In this document: piece after piece, positions 53,212-62,192 of the stretch
Layout of the letters: every line of letters starts with the position of its first letter
Position numbering within the stretch: position 1 is the stretch's first letter
Source: Planctomicrobium piriforme
GTDB lineage: Bacteria; Planctomycetota; Planctomycetia; Pirellulales; UBA1268
DNA: 64,000 nucleotides
Direction: 5' to 3'
Assembly: GCA_945871035.1 (NCBI GenBank)
Contig: CAMBUD010000001.1
Coordinates: 17,609 to 81,608 of the forward strand
The notes under the pieces: generated by a model
What the model was told of the DNA's origin: nothing
What the model saw: the letters and a program-made list of their open reading frames with translations, nothing else
Databases searched by the model: none
Program-made: the position numbers and the translations under genes

Positions 53212-55137
53212 TTGATGGCAGTTGATCTGGATGTTGAAAAGTGGAGCAGCGCCGACTCTGCGGATCTCTACGAGGTAGCCCGTTGGGGCAACGGTTATTT
53301 TTCAGTCGGCCCAGGCGGGCATCTGCTGGTGCACCCGGATAAGAATCCAACAAAGAGCATCGACCTCAAGCAACTTGTTGACAGGCTGCAACTGCGAGGC
53401 ATCGATCTGCCGATCCTCTTGCGATTTGGTGGGATTTTGCAGCATCGGCTTGGCGAAATAAACAGCGCCTTCGGCAGTGCCATGAAAGAGAATAATTACC
53501 GTGGCGACTACTGCTGCGTCTATCCGGTAAAAGTGAACCAGCAACGGCAGGTCGTCGAAGAAGTGCTGCAGTTTGGCAAGCCCTACCACTTTGGGCTTGA
53601 AGCAGGCAGCAAGCCGGAGTTACTGGCTGTGATTGCGTTAGCCGACAACGACACCCCGATTATTTGCAATGGTTTCAAGGATGCAGAATTTATTGAGACA
53701 GCGATGCTCGCACAAAAAATTGGGCGACACATCATTCCGGTCGTAGAACGTTTTTCCGAATTGCACATGGTGCTTGAGTATGCGGAGAAGTTGGGGGTGC
53801 GCCCGCGCATCGGCATGCGCATCAAACTCGCAACGCGCGGCAGCGGCCGTTGGCAGGCGTCGGGGGGCTTTCGCAGTAAGTTTGGCCTGACCGCTAGCGA
53901 GTTGCTCAAAGGCCTCGAACTGCTCGCCTCGAAGGGGATGGAAGACTGCTTGCAACTGCTCCACTTCCATCAGGGCAGCCAGATCACCAACATCCGCCAC
54001 ATTAAAGGAGCCCTCAACGAGGCCTCGCGGATTTATGCCGAATTAGCCAAGCGCGGGGCGGGGCTCAAGTATCTCGACGTGGGCGGTGGGTTGGGCGTGG
54101 ATTACGACGGTTCGCAGACGAATTTCGAATCGAGTGTGAATTACACGCTGCAGGAATATGCCAACGACGTGGTTTACCATGTGCAAAACGCCTGCGACCA
54201 GAGGGGCGTGCCGCACCCGATCATTATTTCGGAGAGCGGACGGGCGGTGGTGGCGTATCACAGCATGCTGATTTTTGGCGTGCTGGGGGTGTCGGAGCAG
54301 GGAGGCAACAGCGACCTCACCGATCCGCTGCCGGATGCAGAGCAACCGCTGCACGATCTTCTAGAAACCTACCAAAATATCAATGCGCGCAATCTGCTGG
54401 AGAGCTTTCACGATGCCCAGCAATCCCTTGACACCGCCATGAATCTTTTTGCCAGTGGCTACCTGCCACTCGACCAGCGATCCACAGTCGAGAATCTCTA
54501 TTGGTCGATTTGTCGCAAGATCTACAAGCTCACCAAGCAGTTGGAGTTTATACCGGAAGAATTGGAGGGCCTTGAGGCGTTGCTCTCCGATACCTACTTC
54601 TGCAACTTCTCCCTCTTCCAATCGATTCCCGATAGCTGGGCAATCAAACAGCTCTTTCCCGTCATGCCGATCCACCGACTCAACGAGCGTCCAACGCGGG
54701 CTGCTGTGCTTGGCGACGTGACCTGCGATTCCGACGGTAAGATCGATCAGTTCATCGACCGCCGTGACGTCAAGCGCACGCTGCCGTTGCACGCATGGCT
54801 GAAGGAGCCCTACTACTTGGGCGCATTTTTAATCGGTGCCTATCAGGAAATCCTTGGCGATCTCCATAATCTATTCGGTGACACCAATGCAGTGCACGTC
54901 AGCACAGATGATCGTGGAGAAGTCGTGCTCGATGCCGTTATCAAGGGAGATACCGTCCGCGAAGTGCTCGGCTATGTTGAGTTTGATGCCAACCAACTCG
55001 TGCACCGGCTGCGCGATTCCATTGAGCAGGCCGTTCGTGAGGGGCGGATCTGTGATGTTCAGGCAGGTAAGTTTCTCAAGTTTTACGAGGAAGGGCTCGG
55101 TGGTTACACCTACCTTGAGGAGCCGTCGCAGGACTGA
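53212..55137 (+). CDS. speA: biosynthetic arginine decarboxylase
   Basis: 'YCCVYPVKVNQQRQVVEEV', 'GLEAGSKPEL', 'LHFHQGSQI', 'LDVGGGLGVDYDGS', 'ESGRAVVA', 'GDVTCDSDGKID'. Confidence 0.93.
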   Translation: MMAVDLDVEKWSSADSADLYEVARWGNGYFSVGPGGHLLVHPDKNPTKSIDLKQLVDRLQLRGIDLPILLRFGGILQHRLGEINSAFGSAMKENNYRGDYCCVYPVKVNQQRQVVEEVLQFGKPYHFGLEAGSKPELLAVIALADNDTPIICNGFKDAEFIETAMLAQKIGRHIIPVVERFSELHMVLEYAEKLGVRPRIGMRIKLATRGSGRWQASGGFRSKFGLTASELLKGLELLASKGMEDCLQLLHFHQGSQITNIRHIKGALNEASRIYAELAKRGAGLKYLDVGGGLGVDYDGSQTNFESSVNYTLQEYANDVVYHVQNACDQRGVPHPIIISESGRAVVAYHSMLIFGVLGVSEQGGNSDLTDPLPDAEQPLHDLLETYQNINARNLLESFHDAQQSLDTAMNLFASGYLPLDQRSTVENLYWSICRKIYKLTKQLEFIPEELEGLEALLSDTYFCNFSLFQSIPDSWAIKQLFPVMPIHRLNERPTRAAVLGDVTCDSDGKIDQFIDRRDVKRTLPLHAWLKEPYYLGAFLIGAYQEILGDLHNLFGDTNAVHVSTDDRGEVVLDAVIKGDTVREVLGYVEFDANQLVHRLRDSIEQAVREGRICDVQAGKFLKFYEEGLGGYTYLEEPSQD

Positions 55138-55154
55138 CGGGCGGACCCTTCTCC

Positions 55155-57191
55155 ATGCACCTGATTCGCGTCGGCGGCATCGCCATCAACCAAACGCCAC
55201 TCGATTGGAACGGCAACCGGGATCGCATTCTGGCGGCGCTGGCCACCGCCAAACAGCGTGCAATATCGATCGTGTGCCTGCCGGAGTTGTGCATTTCCGG
55301 GTACGGCTGCGAGGACGCCTTTCAGTCGCCGGGCGTGCAGGAGACGGCATGGCAGGTCCTTGAGGAAATCGTGCCACAGACGGCGGGCCTCATTGTCGCG
55401 ATGGGCTTGCCAGTCCGCTTTGAAAGTAGCCTGTACGATGCTGCTGCGCTGGTCGTCGACGGACGGCTGGCAGGTTTAGTGGCCAAGCAGCATCTGGCAG
55501 GAGAAGGCATTCACTACGAACCGCGCTGGTTTCGACCGTGGCCCAAAGGCCGGTGTGCGCAGCTTGTAATCGCTGGCCAAAGCGTGCCGATTGGCGATCT
55601 GCGTTTTGATTGTGGTGGCGTACGGATTGGGTTTGAAATTTGTGAGGATGCGTGGGTGGCGGATCGGCCTGGTGCCAGTCTTGCCGGACGTGGCATCGAT
55701 ATCATTCTCAATCCGTCGGCCAGTCATTTTGCATTTGCCAAGGATGAGATTAGGCAGCGATTTGTCTTGGAAGGCTCGCGCGCTTTTGGCGTCGGTTACG
55801 TTTACACCAATCTGCTCGGGAACGAGGCGGGCCGCGCCATCTACGACGGCGGTGTCATGATCGCAGCGGCTGGTAAGCTGGTAGCTGCTGGGCGACGGTT
55901 TGCCTTTGCTGACCAGATTTGCACCAGCGCCGTCATTGATCTCGACACGATTCGATTGGCTCAGTCGCGACTTTCACTTCAGCCAATCGCAGCCGAAGAG
56001 AGCCGCGATCGTGTCGCTGTCGCCTTTGCGCCGCCTCGGCTTTTGCCCCAGTTGGAGATAGAAGGTGGTGAAGGTCGCGATGCTTGGGAAAGTGGCAGCC
56101 GACTAAAAGAAGAGGAGTTTACGCGGACGGTGGCGCTGGGGTTGTTCGACTCCATGCGAAAGAGCCGCGCGCGTGGGTTTGTCGTGTCGGCGAGCGGCGG
56201 AGCCGATTCATCGGCAGTGGCGTGCCTGATTGCGATAGCTGTGCAGTTGGCTGCGAAAGAAATGCCCATTGCCAAAGTTGCCGAGCGACTGGGCGTGCCA
56301 CTCCAAGAGGCGGTCTCTGGGCGCGAACCGGATCAGGGGACTGCCCAACGGCAATTGATCCACTCCGTGTTGACCTGCGTGTATCAATCGACAGTCAATT
56401 CAGGCGACACAACACGCCGCGCTGCCAGTGGCTTGGCGGAAGCCATTGGCGCAACGTTTCATGAATTCGATGTGGATGCCATCGTTCGTCGCTACGAAGA
56501 GATCGTTTCTCAGGCGTTAGGCAGGCCACTCAGTTGGCAGCAAGACGATGTCGCCATGCAAAATATTCAGGCCCGCGTGCGTGCCCCTGGTGCATGGATG
56601 CTTGCCAATATTTTAGGCGCGTTACTCGTCTCAACGAGCAATCGCTCCGAAGCGGCCGTAGGCTATGCCACGATGGACGGCGATACATCTGGTGGGATTG
56701 CGCCGATTGCGGGAATCGACAAAGCCTATCTGCAGCACTGGCTGCGCTGGCTGGAGACGGTTGGCCCGGAGGGGATTGGATCTGTGCCTGCGCTGGCTGC
56801 GGTAAACGTACAAGCACCGACGGCTGAGTTGCGGCCCCGCAGCGAATGCCAGACCGACGAGAGCGATCTGATGCCCTACGATGTGCTCAACGCTGCCGAG
56901 CGCTGTGCGATTCGCGATAAACAGATGCCGCTCGAGGTCTGGCGGCGGCTGTCCGTCGACTTTCCGCAGCACGCACCCCAGCAACTGGCCCTGTGGACAG
57001 AGCGGTTTTTCACGCTTTGGTGTCGCAACCAATGGAAGCGAGAACGCTACGCACCGTCGTTTCATCTGGACGATGAAAACCTTGATCCCAAAACCTGGTG
57101 TCGATTCCCGATCCTTTCCGGCGGCTTTGCGCGAGAGCTCACCGAACTTTGCATAGCCGCCGGAACGGTTGCGAATAATCGCACACCATAA
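55155..57191 (+). CDS. nadE: glutamine-dependent NAD+ synthetase (CN-hydrolase plus NAD synthase domains)
   Basis: N-terminal nitrilase-like domain ('LPELCISGYGCED', 'FEICEDAW') and a C-terminal 'VVSASGGADSSAVA' PP-loop, with 'STSNRSEAAVGYATMDGD'. Confidence 0.92.
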   Translation: MHLIRVGGIAINQTPLDWNGNRDRILAALATAKQRAISIVCLPELCISGYGCEDAFQSPGVQETAWQVLEEIVPQTAGLIVAMGLPVRFESSLYDAAALVVDGRLAGLVAKQHLAGEGIHYEPRWFRPWPKGRCAQLVIAGQSVPIGDLRFDCGGVRIGFEICEDAWVADRPGASLAGRGIDIILNPSASHFAFAKDEIRQRFVLEGSRAFGVGYVYTNLLGNEAGRAIYDGGVMIAAAGKLVAAGRRFAFADQICTSAVIDLDTIRLAQSRLSLQPIAAEESRDRVAVAFAPPRLLPQLEIEGGEGRDAWESGSRLKEEEFTRTVALGLFDSMRKSRARGFVVSASGGADSSAVACLIAIAVQLAAKEMPIAKVAERLGVPLQEAVSGREPDQGTAQRQLIHSVLTCVYQSTVNSGDTTRRAASGLAEAIGATFHEFDVDAIVRRYEEIVSQALGRPLSWQQDDVAMQNIQARVRAPGAWMLANILGALLVSTSNRSEAAVGYATMDGDTSGGIAPIAGIDKAYLQHWLRWLETVGPEGIGSVPALAAVNVQAPTAELRPRSECQTDESDLMPYDVLNAAERCAIRDKQMPLEVWRRLSVDFPQHAPQQLALWTERFFTLWCRNQWKRERYAPSFHLDDENLDPKTWCRFPILSGGFARELTELCIAAGTVANNRTP

Positions 57192-57331
57192 AAACCAGCC
57201 TCGGCCGTCAATTTCCTCATTTTTTCTTGCTTGTGAGCGGCCGAAACGCTCTCGCCCATGCCGCGGCTCGTTGCTAGAGTCCGCACCTGGGAGTCGTTGC
57301 ACTCCCGCTGCCTTCCCTTGGAGTTTTTGAC

Positions 57332-58276
57332 GTGCCTGCCAGCAACTGCCGCCCAAAAGTATTGCCGTGTGGTGCGATTCTGGGCGTTGCACTTTTGTGT
57401 TCAGCGATCCTGTTTTCGCCTGCCGCCGCCCAGCCGCCGGCAGCAGCAGCGCCACAGGCAGCAGCAGCGCCACAGGCAGCAGCGACCCCGCCGCCGCTCT
57501 CAATCGAGGCAGCCGCGGCGCTGGAACGACTGCTCGCCGCTTGGGAAACGCGTAACGCATCCGTTACGACTTGGTCGTGTGGATTTTATAAATGGGAGTA
57601 CAACGCCTGGAGCCCTGCCGATACTGGTGGCGAACGGCTGGCATTCTCCGAAAGCTCGGGTGAAATTAAGTACGCCTCTCCTGACAAGGGAATGTTTCGT
57701 GTCAAGGAATCGAAACAGTGGAACGGTGAGACCAAGCGCTACGAACAACGCGTCGGCGAGGCTGGCGAACATTGGGTCTGCAACGGCACAAGCATTTACG
57801 AATTTCGTCACAGCGAACGGCAACTCCGCGAGACGAAGCTACCGCCTGAGATGCGCGGCAAGGCAATCAGCGACGGCCCCTTGCCGTTTGTCTTTGGTGC
57901 CAAGGCCGACACGCTCAAAAAACGCTACCGGATGCGGATCGTCACGCCGCCAGGCGTGAGCGACCAAATCTGGCTGGAGGCCCTGCCGCGAATGCAAGGC
58001 GATGCGGCCAATTTTTCCAAGGTCGAACTCATTCTTCAAGCGCGAGAACTCATGCCGTTTGCCATGCAGATTTACAAGCCCGGCGGGCAGGATCGGGACG
58101 TCTACCAGTTTGATGTGAAGACAAGCCTGATCGATAAAGGTCTCGATCTGATTCGGGATTTTTCCCGTCCCATTACGCCGCTGGGCTACACCTTTATCCT
58201 CGAAGACACCCAGGCCCCGCCACCGGAACCGCAGCAGCGACCGGCCGGCCCACCAGCGTTGCCTCGCGCGGGATGA
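57332..58276 (+). CDS. hypothetical secreted protein
   Basis: GTG start. Signal peptide 'ILGVALLCSAILFSPAAAQ' followed by a low-complexity (AAAAPQ)n stretch. I recognise no catalytic motif. Any LolA-like resemblance is only an impression. Confidence 0.6.
   Translation: MPASNCRPKVLPCGAILGVALLCSAILFSPAAAQPPAAAAPQAAAAPQAAATPPPLSIEAAAALERLLAAWETRNASVTTWSCGFYKWEYNAWSPADTGGERLAFSESSGEIKYASPDKGMFRVKESKQWNGETKRYEQRVGEAGEHWVCNGTSIYEFRHSERQLRETKLPPEMRGKAISDGPLPFVFGAKADTLKKRYRMRIVTPPGVSDQIWLEALPRMQGDAANFSKVELILQARELMPFAMQIYKPGGQDRDVYQFDVKTSLIDKGLDLIRDFSRPITPLGYTFILEDTQAPPPEPQQRPAGPPALPRAG
57440..57484. repeat. in-frame 18-bp tandem repeat (about 2.5 copies) inside the CDS
   Basis: gcagcagcagcgccacag occurs at 57440-57457 and 57458-57475, followed by a partial copy. 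It encodes AAAAPQ-AAAAPQ-AAA just after the signal peptide. Confidence 0.9.
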
Positions 58277-58481
58277 CAGGCGTCAGTTGCTGCCCGGACC
58301 CACGCTGTTTTGGGCCGCTGGCAGCCAAAAGTTGTGGCGGGCAAGAACGCAAATCGGACCGGGTGAATGCCAAGCAGGCGGTGCAGACAGCCTTGCGCTT
58401 AGCGGTTCATTGGCCCCGCTCGTCAATCGACCTGTGCCAGTTATACTAGACATCTCTTCCCGACCTTTTCCAGAGGACACG

Positions 58482-58970
58482 ATGGCTCTTGTCGACCCCG
58501 CTCACCCACTTGCGCAACTGTTGCAGCAAGATGTCCGCTACAAACTCGACGCCTACCTCTTTGTGCTTGAATCGCTGACGTTTGCTCACAACACGCTGGG
58601 GCTCGGTGAGTCGCCGGCCCCTGAGGAACTCGAGCCGAGCAGCGGTGGGCAGAGCGAGTTGACGAGCAAGCCACGGGCTCGGCCGGGAAAGTCACGGCGA
58701 AAACAAGTTGAACGGCACGTCAGCGGCCAGCAACTCTGTGAAGCAGCGCGGCAGTATGCCCAGCAGCAGTATGGCTATCTCGCCCGCACCGTGCTGGGCA
58801 CATGGGGTATCCGCACGACGGCCGATTTGGGTGAGATTGTTTTCAATATGATTAAAATTGGACAGATGCGAAAGACCCGCAAGGATAAGCGTGAAGACTT
58901 TCACAACGTCTATGATTTTGCAGAAGCTTTTTTACGCGATCTAGCATTCGTTGTGCCTGATAGTGCTTAA
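58482..58970 (+). CDS. hypothetical protein (162 aa)
   Basis: 'MALVDPAHPLAQLLQQDVRYKLDAYLFVLESL...' with a conserved-looking C-terminus 'GIRTTADLGEIVFNMIKIGQMRKT'. The internal ATG of ORF 58287..58970 was chosen. No family assignment is possible without a search. Confidence 0.55.
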   Translation: MALVDPAHPLAQLLQQDVRYKLDAYLFVLESLTFAHNTLGLGESPAPEELEPSSGGQSELTSKPRARPGKSRRKQVERHVSGQQLCEAARQYAQQQYGYLARTVLGTWGIRTTADLGEIVFNMIKIGQMRKTRKDKREDFHNVYDFAEAFLRDLAFVVPDSA

Positions 58971-59177
58971 GGGATCGCGCATCAGCCCGCACGGATGTTT
59001 GTGGTTGCATGACCGACCGGATCACGCTGGAGCGTCGCGATGGATTCACAGGCAACAGCCCCTCGTAAAACGCAGTTGTTGGGTGCGGCCATCGCACAAG
59101 CGGTCTGGCTGTTGCTGCTGGCATGGATGGCGTGGCTGGCATGTCGCGGATAGTGTTTGTATCGACAGGCGGGATTT

Positions 59178-59873
59178 ATGACTCTCTTTTTAGACACCCT
59201 TCCGCTGTGGTCTGCACTGCTGCCACTGGGAATCTATCTGCTCGCGTTAGCATGGGTGCACCTGCGCCAACGACCGCTAGCGATTTCAGGTGTCTGGGAT
59301 GGCGTGCTGCTGGGTGCAAGCTTGGCGGGATTGGCCATCGTAGGCCCGTTGGCACTGGTGCAACCGGCGGCCGGCCGTTCGCTCTGGAGTTGGCCAATGC
59401 TGCTGGTGCTTTTTAGTTTGTTTGTAGCGATCTGCGTGCTCGTTTCGCGGCCGCGACTGATCGTCTACAACATCACTGTCGAGCAGATGCGGCCCCTCGT
59501 GGTGGAGATTGTTTCTTCACTCGATCCGGCCACGCGTTGGGCTGGCGAAACTGCGGCCCTACCGACCTGTGGTTTTCAGGTGCAAATCGATGGCAATGGT
59601 TCCATGCGTAACGTGAACATTGTCGCCGCTGGCGAGCGCATGTCACCAGAGGGTTGGAGTGAATTTTGCCGCCGTTTGCGGCACTCAATCGGGGCTTTGC
59701 GTGTGCGTCGCAGCCCTTGGGGCCCGGTGTTTGCTTTGGCCGGTGGAGCGGTCATTGCCGTTGCTGTTTGGTTGGCGGTACAGTCTGACAGCAATGCCCG
59801 CGACAGCCTACCGCCTGCGGCCACCACCCCAGGAGCTTCTGATGCTGGCTCGCATCGATCTGTTGGCGCATGA
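59178..59873 (+). CDS. hypothetical polytopic membrane protein
   Basis: Three N-terminal hydrophobic helices and one C-terminal helix. The 3' end overlaps the pckA start by 32 nt. Confidence 0.5.
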   Translation: MTLFLDTLPLWSALLPLGIYLLALAWVHLRQRPLAISGVWDGVLLGASLAGLAIVGPLALVQPAAGRSLWSWPMLLVLFSLFVAICVLVSRPRLIVYNITVEQMRPLVVEIVSSLDPATRWAGETAALPTCGFQVQIDGNGSMRNVNIVAAGERMSPEGWSEFCRRLRHSIGALRVRRSPWGPVFALAGGAVIAVAVWLAVQSDSNARDSLPPAATTPGASDAGSHRSVGA

Positions 59874-61455
59874 AATCAGCGTGCCGGTTGTGATTCGCAA
59901 TGCTTCCCCGGCGCGGCTCTATGAGGATGCCGTTACGCGGGAGCACGCCGGCATCGTGTCCAGCGGAGCGATCGCGATTTGCTCGGGCGCTAAGACGGGT
60001 CGCAGCCCCAACGATAAGCATGTGGTGCGGCATCCTGATTCAGAACAGGAAGTTTGGTGGGGGCCTGTCAACCATCCCATTGACGAGCACACCTTTCTGC
60101 TCAATCGGCAGCGTGCCATCGACTACCTCAACACCCGCGATCAGTTGTATGTCTGCGATGGGTTTGCGGGCTGGGACCCGTCCTCGCGACTCAAGATCCG
60201 TGTGCTTTGTGCGCGGGCGTATCACGCCCTGTTCATGCAAAACATGTTGATCGTACCGACTCCTGCTGAGCTTGAGCACTTTGGCACGCCCGACTACGTG
60301 ATCTACAACGCCGGGCAGTTTCCGGCCAATGCTCTGACCGCTCAAATGAACAGTAGCACGAGCATTGATCTTTCGCTGGAGCGGCGCGAACAGGTGATCC
60401 TGGGCAGTGAATATGCCGGTGAGATGAAAAAAGGCGTGTTTACGATCATGCATTGGTTGCTCCCCGCCCGCGGAATTTTATCGATGCATTGCTCCGCGAA
60501 CGAAGGCATTGCCCGCGGCGGGCAGGCGGGAGATGTCTCGCTGTTTTTTGGTCTGTCCGGCACCGGCAAGACAACGCTTTCGGCCGATCCCTTGCGTCGG
60601 TTGATCGGCGATGATGAGCATGGCTGGGGAGATGCTGGCGTGTTCAATATCGAAGGCGGCTGCTATGCCAAGTGCATTCATCTCTCGCCGAACAAGGAGC
60701 CGGAAATCCATGCGGCGATTCGCTTTGGAACCGTGCTGGAAAACGTTGTCTACGACCCGGTGAGTCGTGTCGTCGATTTTCAATCCAGCGCGATTACAGA
60801 AAATACCCGTGCGGCCTATCCAATCGAGTGCATACCAAACGCGCGGGTGCCCTGCGTGGCGGGGCACCCGCGGCATCTGATCTTTCTCACCTGCGATGCT
60901 TCGGGAGTGCTGCCGCCGGTGAGCCGTCTTTCGCGTGAGCAAGCGATGTACCACTTCCTCTCCGGCTACACGGCGCGAGTGGCTGGCACCGAGATGGGAA
61001 TCGTCGAGCCGCAGGTGGCGTTTTCGGCCTGCTTCAGCGCTGCCTTTTTGGTGCGACATCCGGCCGTGTACGCCCGGTTGCTGGCGGAAAAGATCGACCG
61101 GCATCAGACGCAGGCGTGGTTAGTCAATACCGGCTGGACTGGCGGCGCATACGGGCAGGGAACGCGGATTGAGTTGGCCGTTACTCGGCGCATCATCGAC
61201 GCCATTCACTCGCACGCCCTTGATACCGCCCCGGTGGTCCGAGATTGTGTGTTTGGACTCCACGCGGTGACAAGCGTGCCGGGCGTAGAGCAGCGCGTGT
61301 TGCTGCCGCAAAGCGCGTGGCCCGATGAGGCTGCTTGGGAACGGGCGGCACGAAAGCTGGCCGCGAAGTTTCAGGAAAACTTCAAGACGTATGCTCAGCA
61401 AGCGGGCCCTGAGGTTGTGGCTGCCGGACCGCAGGCGGCCAAAACAGCCTGCTGA
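59842..61455 (+). CDS. pckA: phosphoenolpyruvate carboxykinase (ATP)
   Basis: 'SGAKTGRSPNDKHVV', 'FFGLSGTGKTTLS', 'IGDDEHGW', 'FNIEGGCYAK'. The ATG at 59842 gives 537 aa with a typical N-terminus. The ORF-track start at 59620 lies inside the upstream gene. Confidence 0.94.
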   Translation: MLARIDLLAHEISVPVVIRNASPARLYEDAVTREHAGIVSSGAIAICSGAKTGRSPNDKHVVRHPDSEQEVWWGPVNHPIDEHTFLLNRQRAIDYLNTRDQLYVCDGFAGWDPSSRLKIRVLCARAYHALFMQNMLIVPTPAELEHFGTPDYVIYNAGQFPANALTAQMNSSTSIDLSLERREQVILGSEYAGEMKKGVFTIMHWLLPARGILSMHCSANEGIARGGQAGDVSLFFGLSGTGKTTLSADPLRRLIGDDEHGWGDAGVFNIEGGCYAKCIHLSPNKEPEIHAAIRFGTVLENVVYDPVSRVVDFQSSAITENTRAAYPIECIPNARVPCVAGHPRHLIFLTCDASGVLPPVSRLSREQAMYHFLSGYTARVAGTEMGIVEPQVAFSACFSAAFLVRHPAVYARLLAEKIDRHQTQAWLVNTGWTGGAYGQGTRIELAVTRRIIDAIHSHALDTAPVVRDCVFGLHAVTSVPGVEQRVLLPQSAWPDEAAWERAARKLAAKFQENFKTYAQQAGPEVVAAGPQAAKTAC

Positions 61456-61469
61456 GGCTGACCATTCCA

Positions 61470-61506
61470 CGCCGCACGCTGGCCCAAGCCGTCGGCGCAT
61501 TTTTTT
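61470..61506 (+). terminator. rho-independent terminator candidate after pckA
   Basis: CGCCG(C)ACG (61470-61478) pairs with CGTCGGCG (61490-61497). The stem is followed by a T7 run (61500-61506). Confidence 0.55.
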
Positions 61507-61532
61507 GACAGCCTTGGTCGCAGTGCTAGTAT
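61505..61532 (+). promoter_or_regulatory. sigma70-like promoter candidate for gpx
   Basis: TTGACA (61505-61510), a 16-nt spacer, then TAGTAT (61527-61532). The position favours the ATG at 61573 over 61534 as the start. Confidence 0.5.
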
Positions 61533-61572
61533 TATGTGCGTCACAGAAATAGTGTCTCGAAGGAGTTTCTTT

Positions 61573-62151
61573 ATGCTTGTTGAAAAAATAGCTGCAATGC
61601 TTCTGCTCTGGTCTCTGTGTGGCATGTGTGGCATGTGTGGCATGGTGCTGGCCCACGCCGATCAGCCTCAGCCGCTGTCGGGCGAGGTAAAAAAACTCGA
61701 TGGCACGCCCGTCGATCTGGCAAAGTACAAAGGCAAAGTCGTGCTCATCGTCAACGTGGCCAGCCGGTGTGGCTACACACCGCAGTACACAGGGCTCCAA
61801 AAACTCTACGACACCTACAAAGATAAAGGCCTCGTCGTGCTCGGTTTTCCGGCCAATGAATTCGGCGGTCAAGAACCGGGCAGTGATGCCGATATCGCCA
61901 CGTTTTGTTCGACAAAGTATGGCGTGACTTTCGATATGTTTTCTAAGATCATCGTCAAGGGTCCCCAGAAAGCGCCGCTCTATAAGACGCTCACCGAATC
62001 GGCCACTCCACCGGGCGAAGTTGCGTGGAACTTTGAGAAGTTTTTGATCGGCCGCGAGGGTGGAATAGTCGGCCGCTACAAGTCGGGAGTGGCCCCAGAA
62101 GACGCTAAGCTGATAACGGCGATTGAAGCGGAACTTGGCAAGGCGGGTTAG
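61573..62151 (+). CDS. glutathione peroxidase family protein (Cys type) with a signal peptide
   Basis: 'VVLIVNVASRCGYTPQY', 'GLVVLGFPANEFGGQEPG', 'WNFEKFLIGREG'. The active-site residue is Cys, not a TGA-encoded Sec. Confidence 0.92.
   Translation: MLVEKIAAMLLLWSLCGMCGMCGMVLAHADQPQPLSGEVKKLDGTPVDLAKYKGKVVLIVNVASRCGYTPQYTGLQKLYDTYKDKGLVVLGFPANEFGGQEPGSDADIATFCSTKYGVTFDMFSKIIVKGPQKAPLYKTLTESATPPGEVAWNFEKFLIGREGGIVGRYKSGVAPEDAKLITAIEAELGKAG
61618..61644. repeat. perfect 9-bp x3 in-frame tandem repeat (tgtggcatg)
   Basis: The copies are at 61618-61626, 61627-61635 and 61636-61644. They encode (Cys-Gly-Met)x3 within the gpx signal peptide. Confidence 0.95.
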
Positions 62152-62192
62152 CAGGCCGTGATCCAGTGCCAGACTGAACCGCCAGTGGTCTC

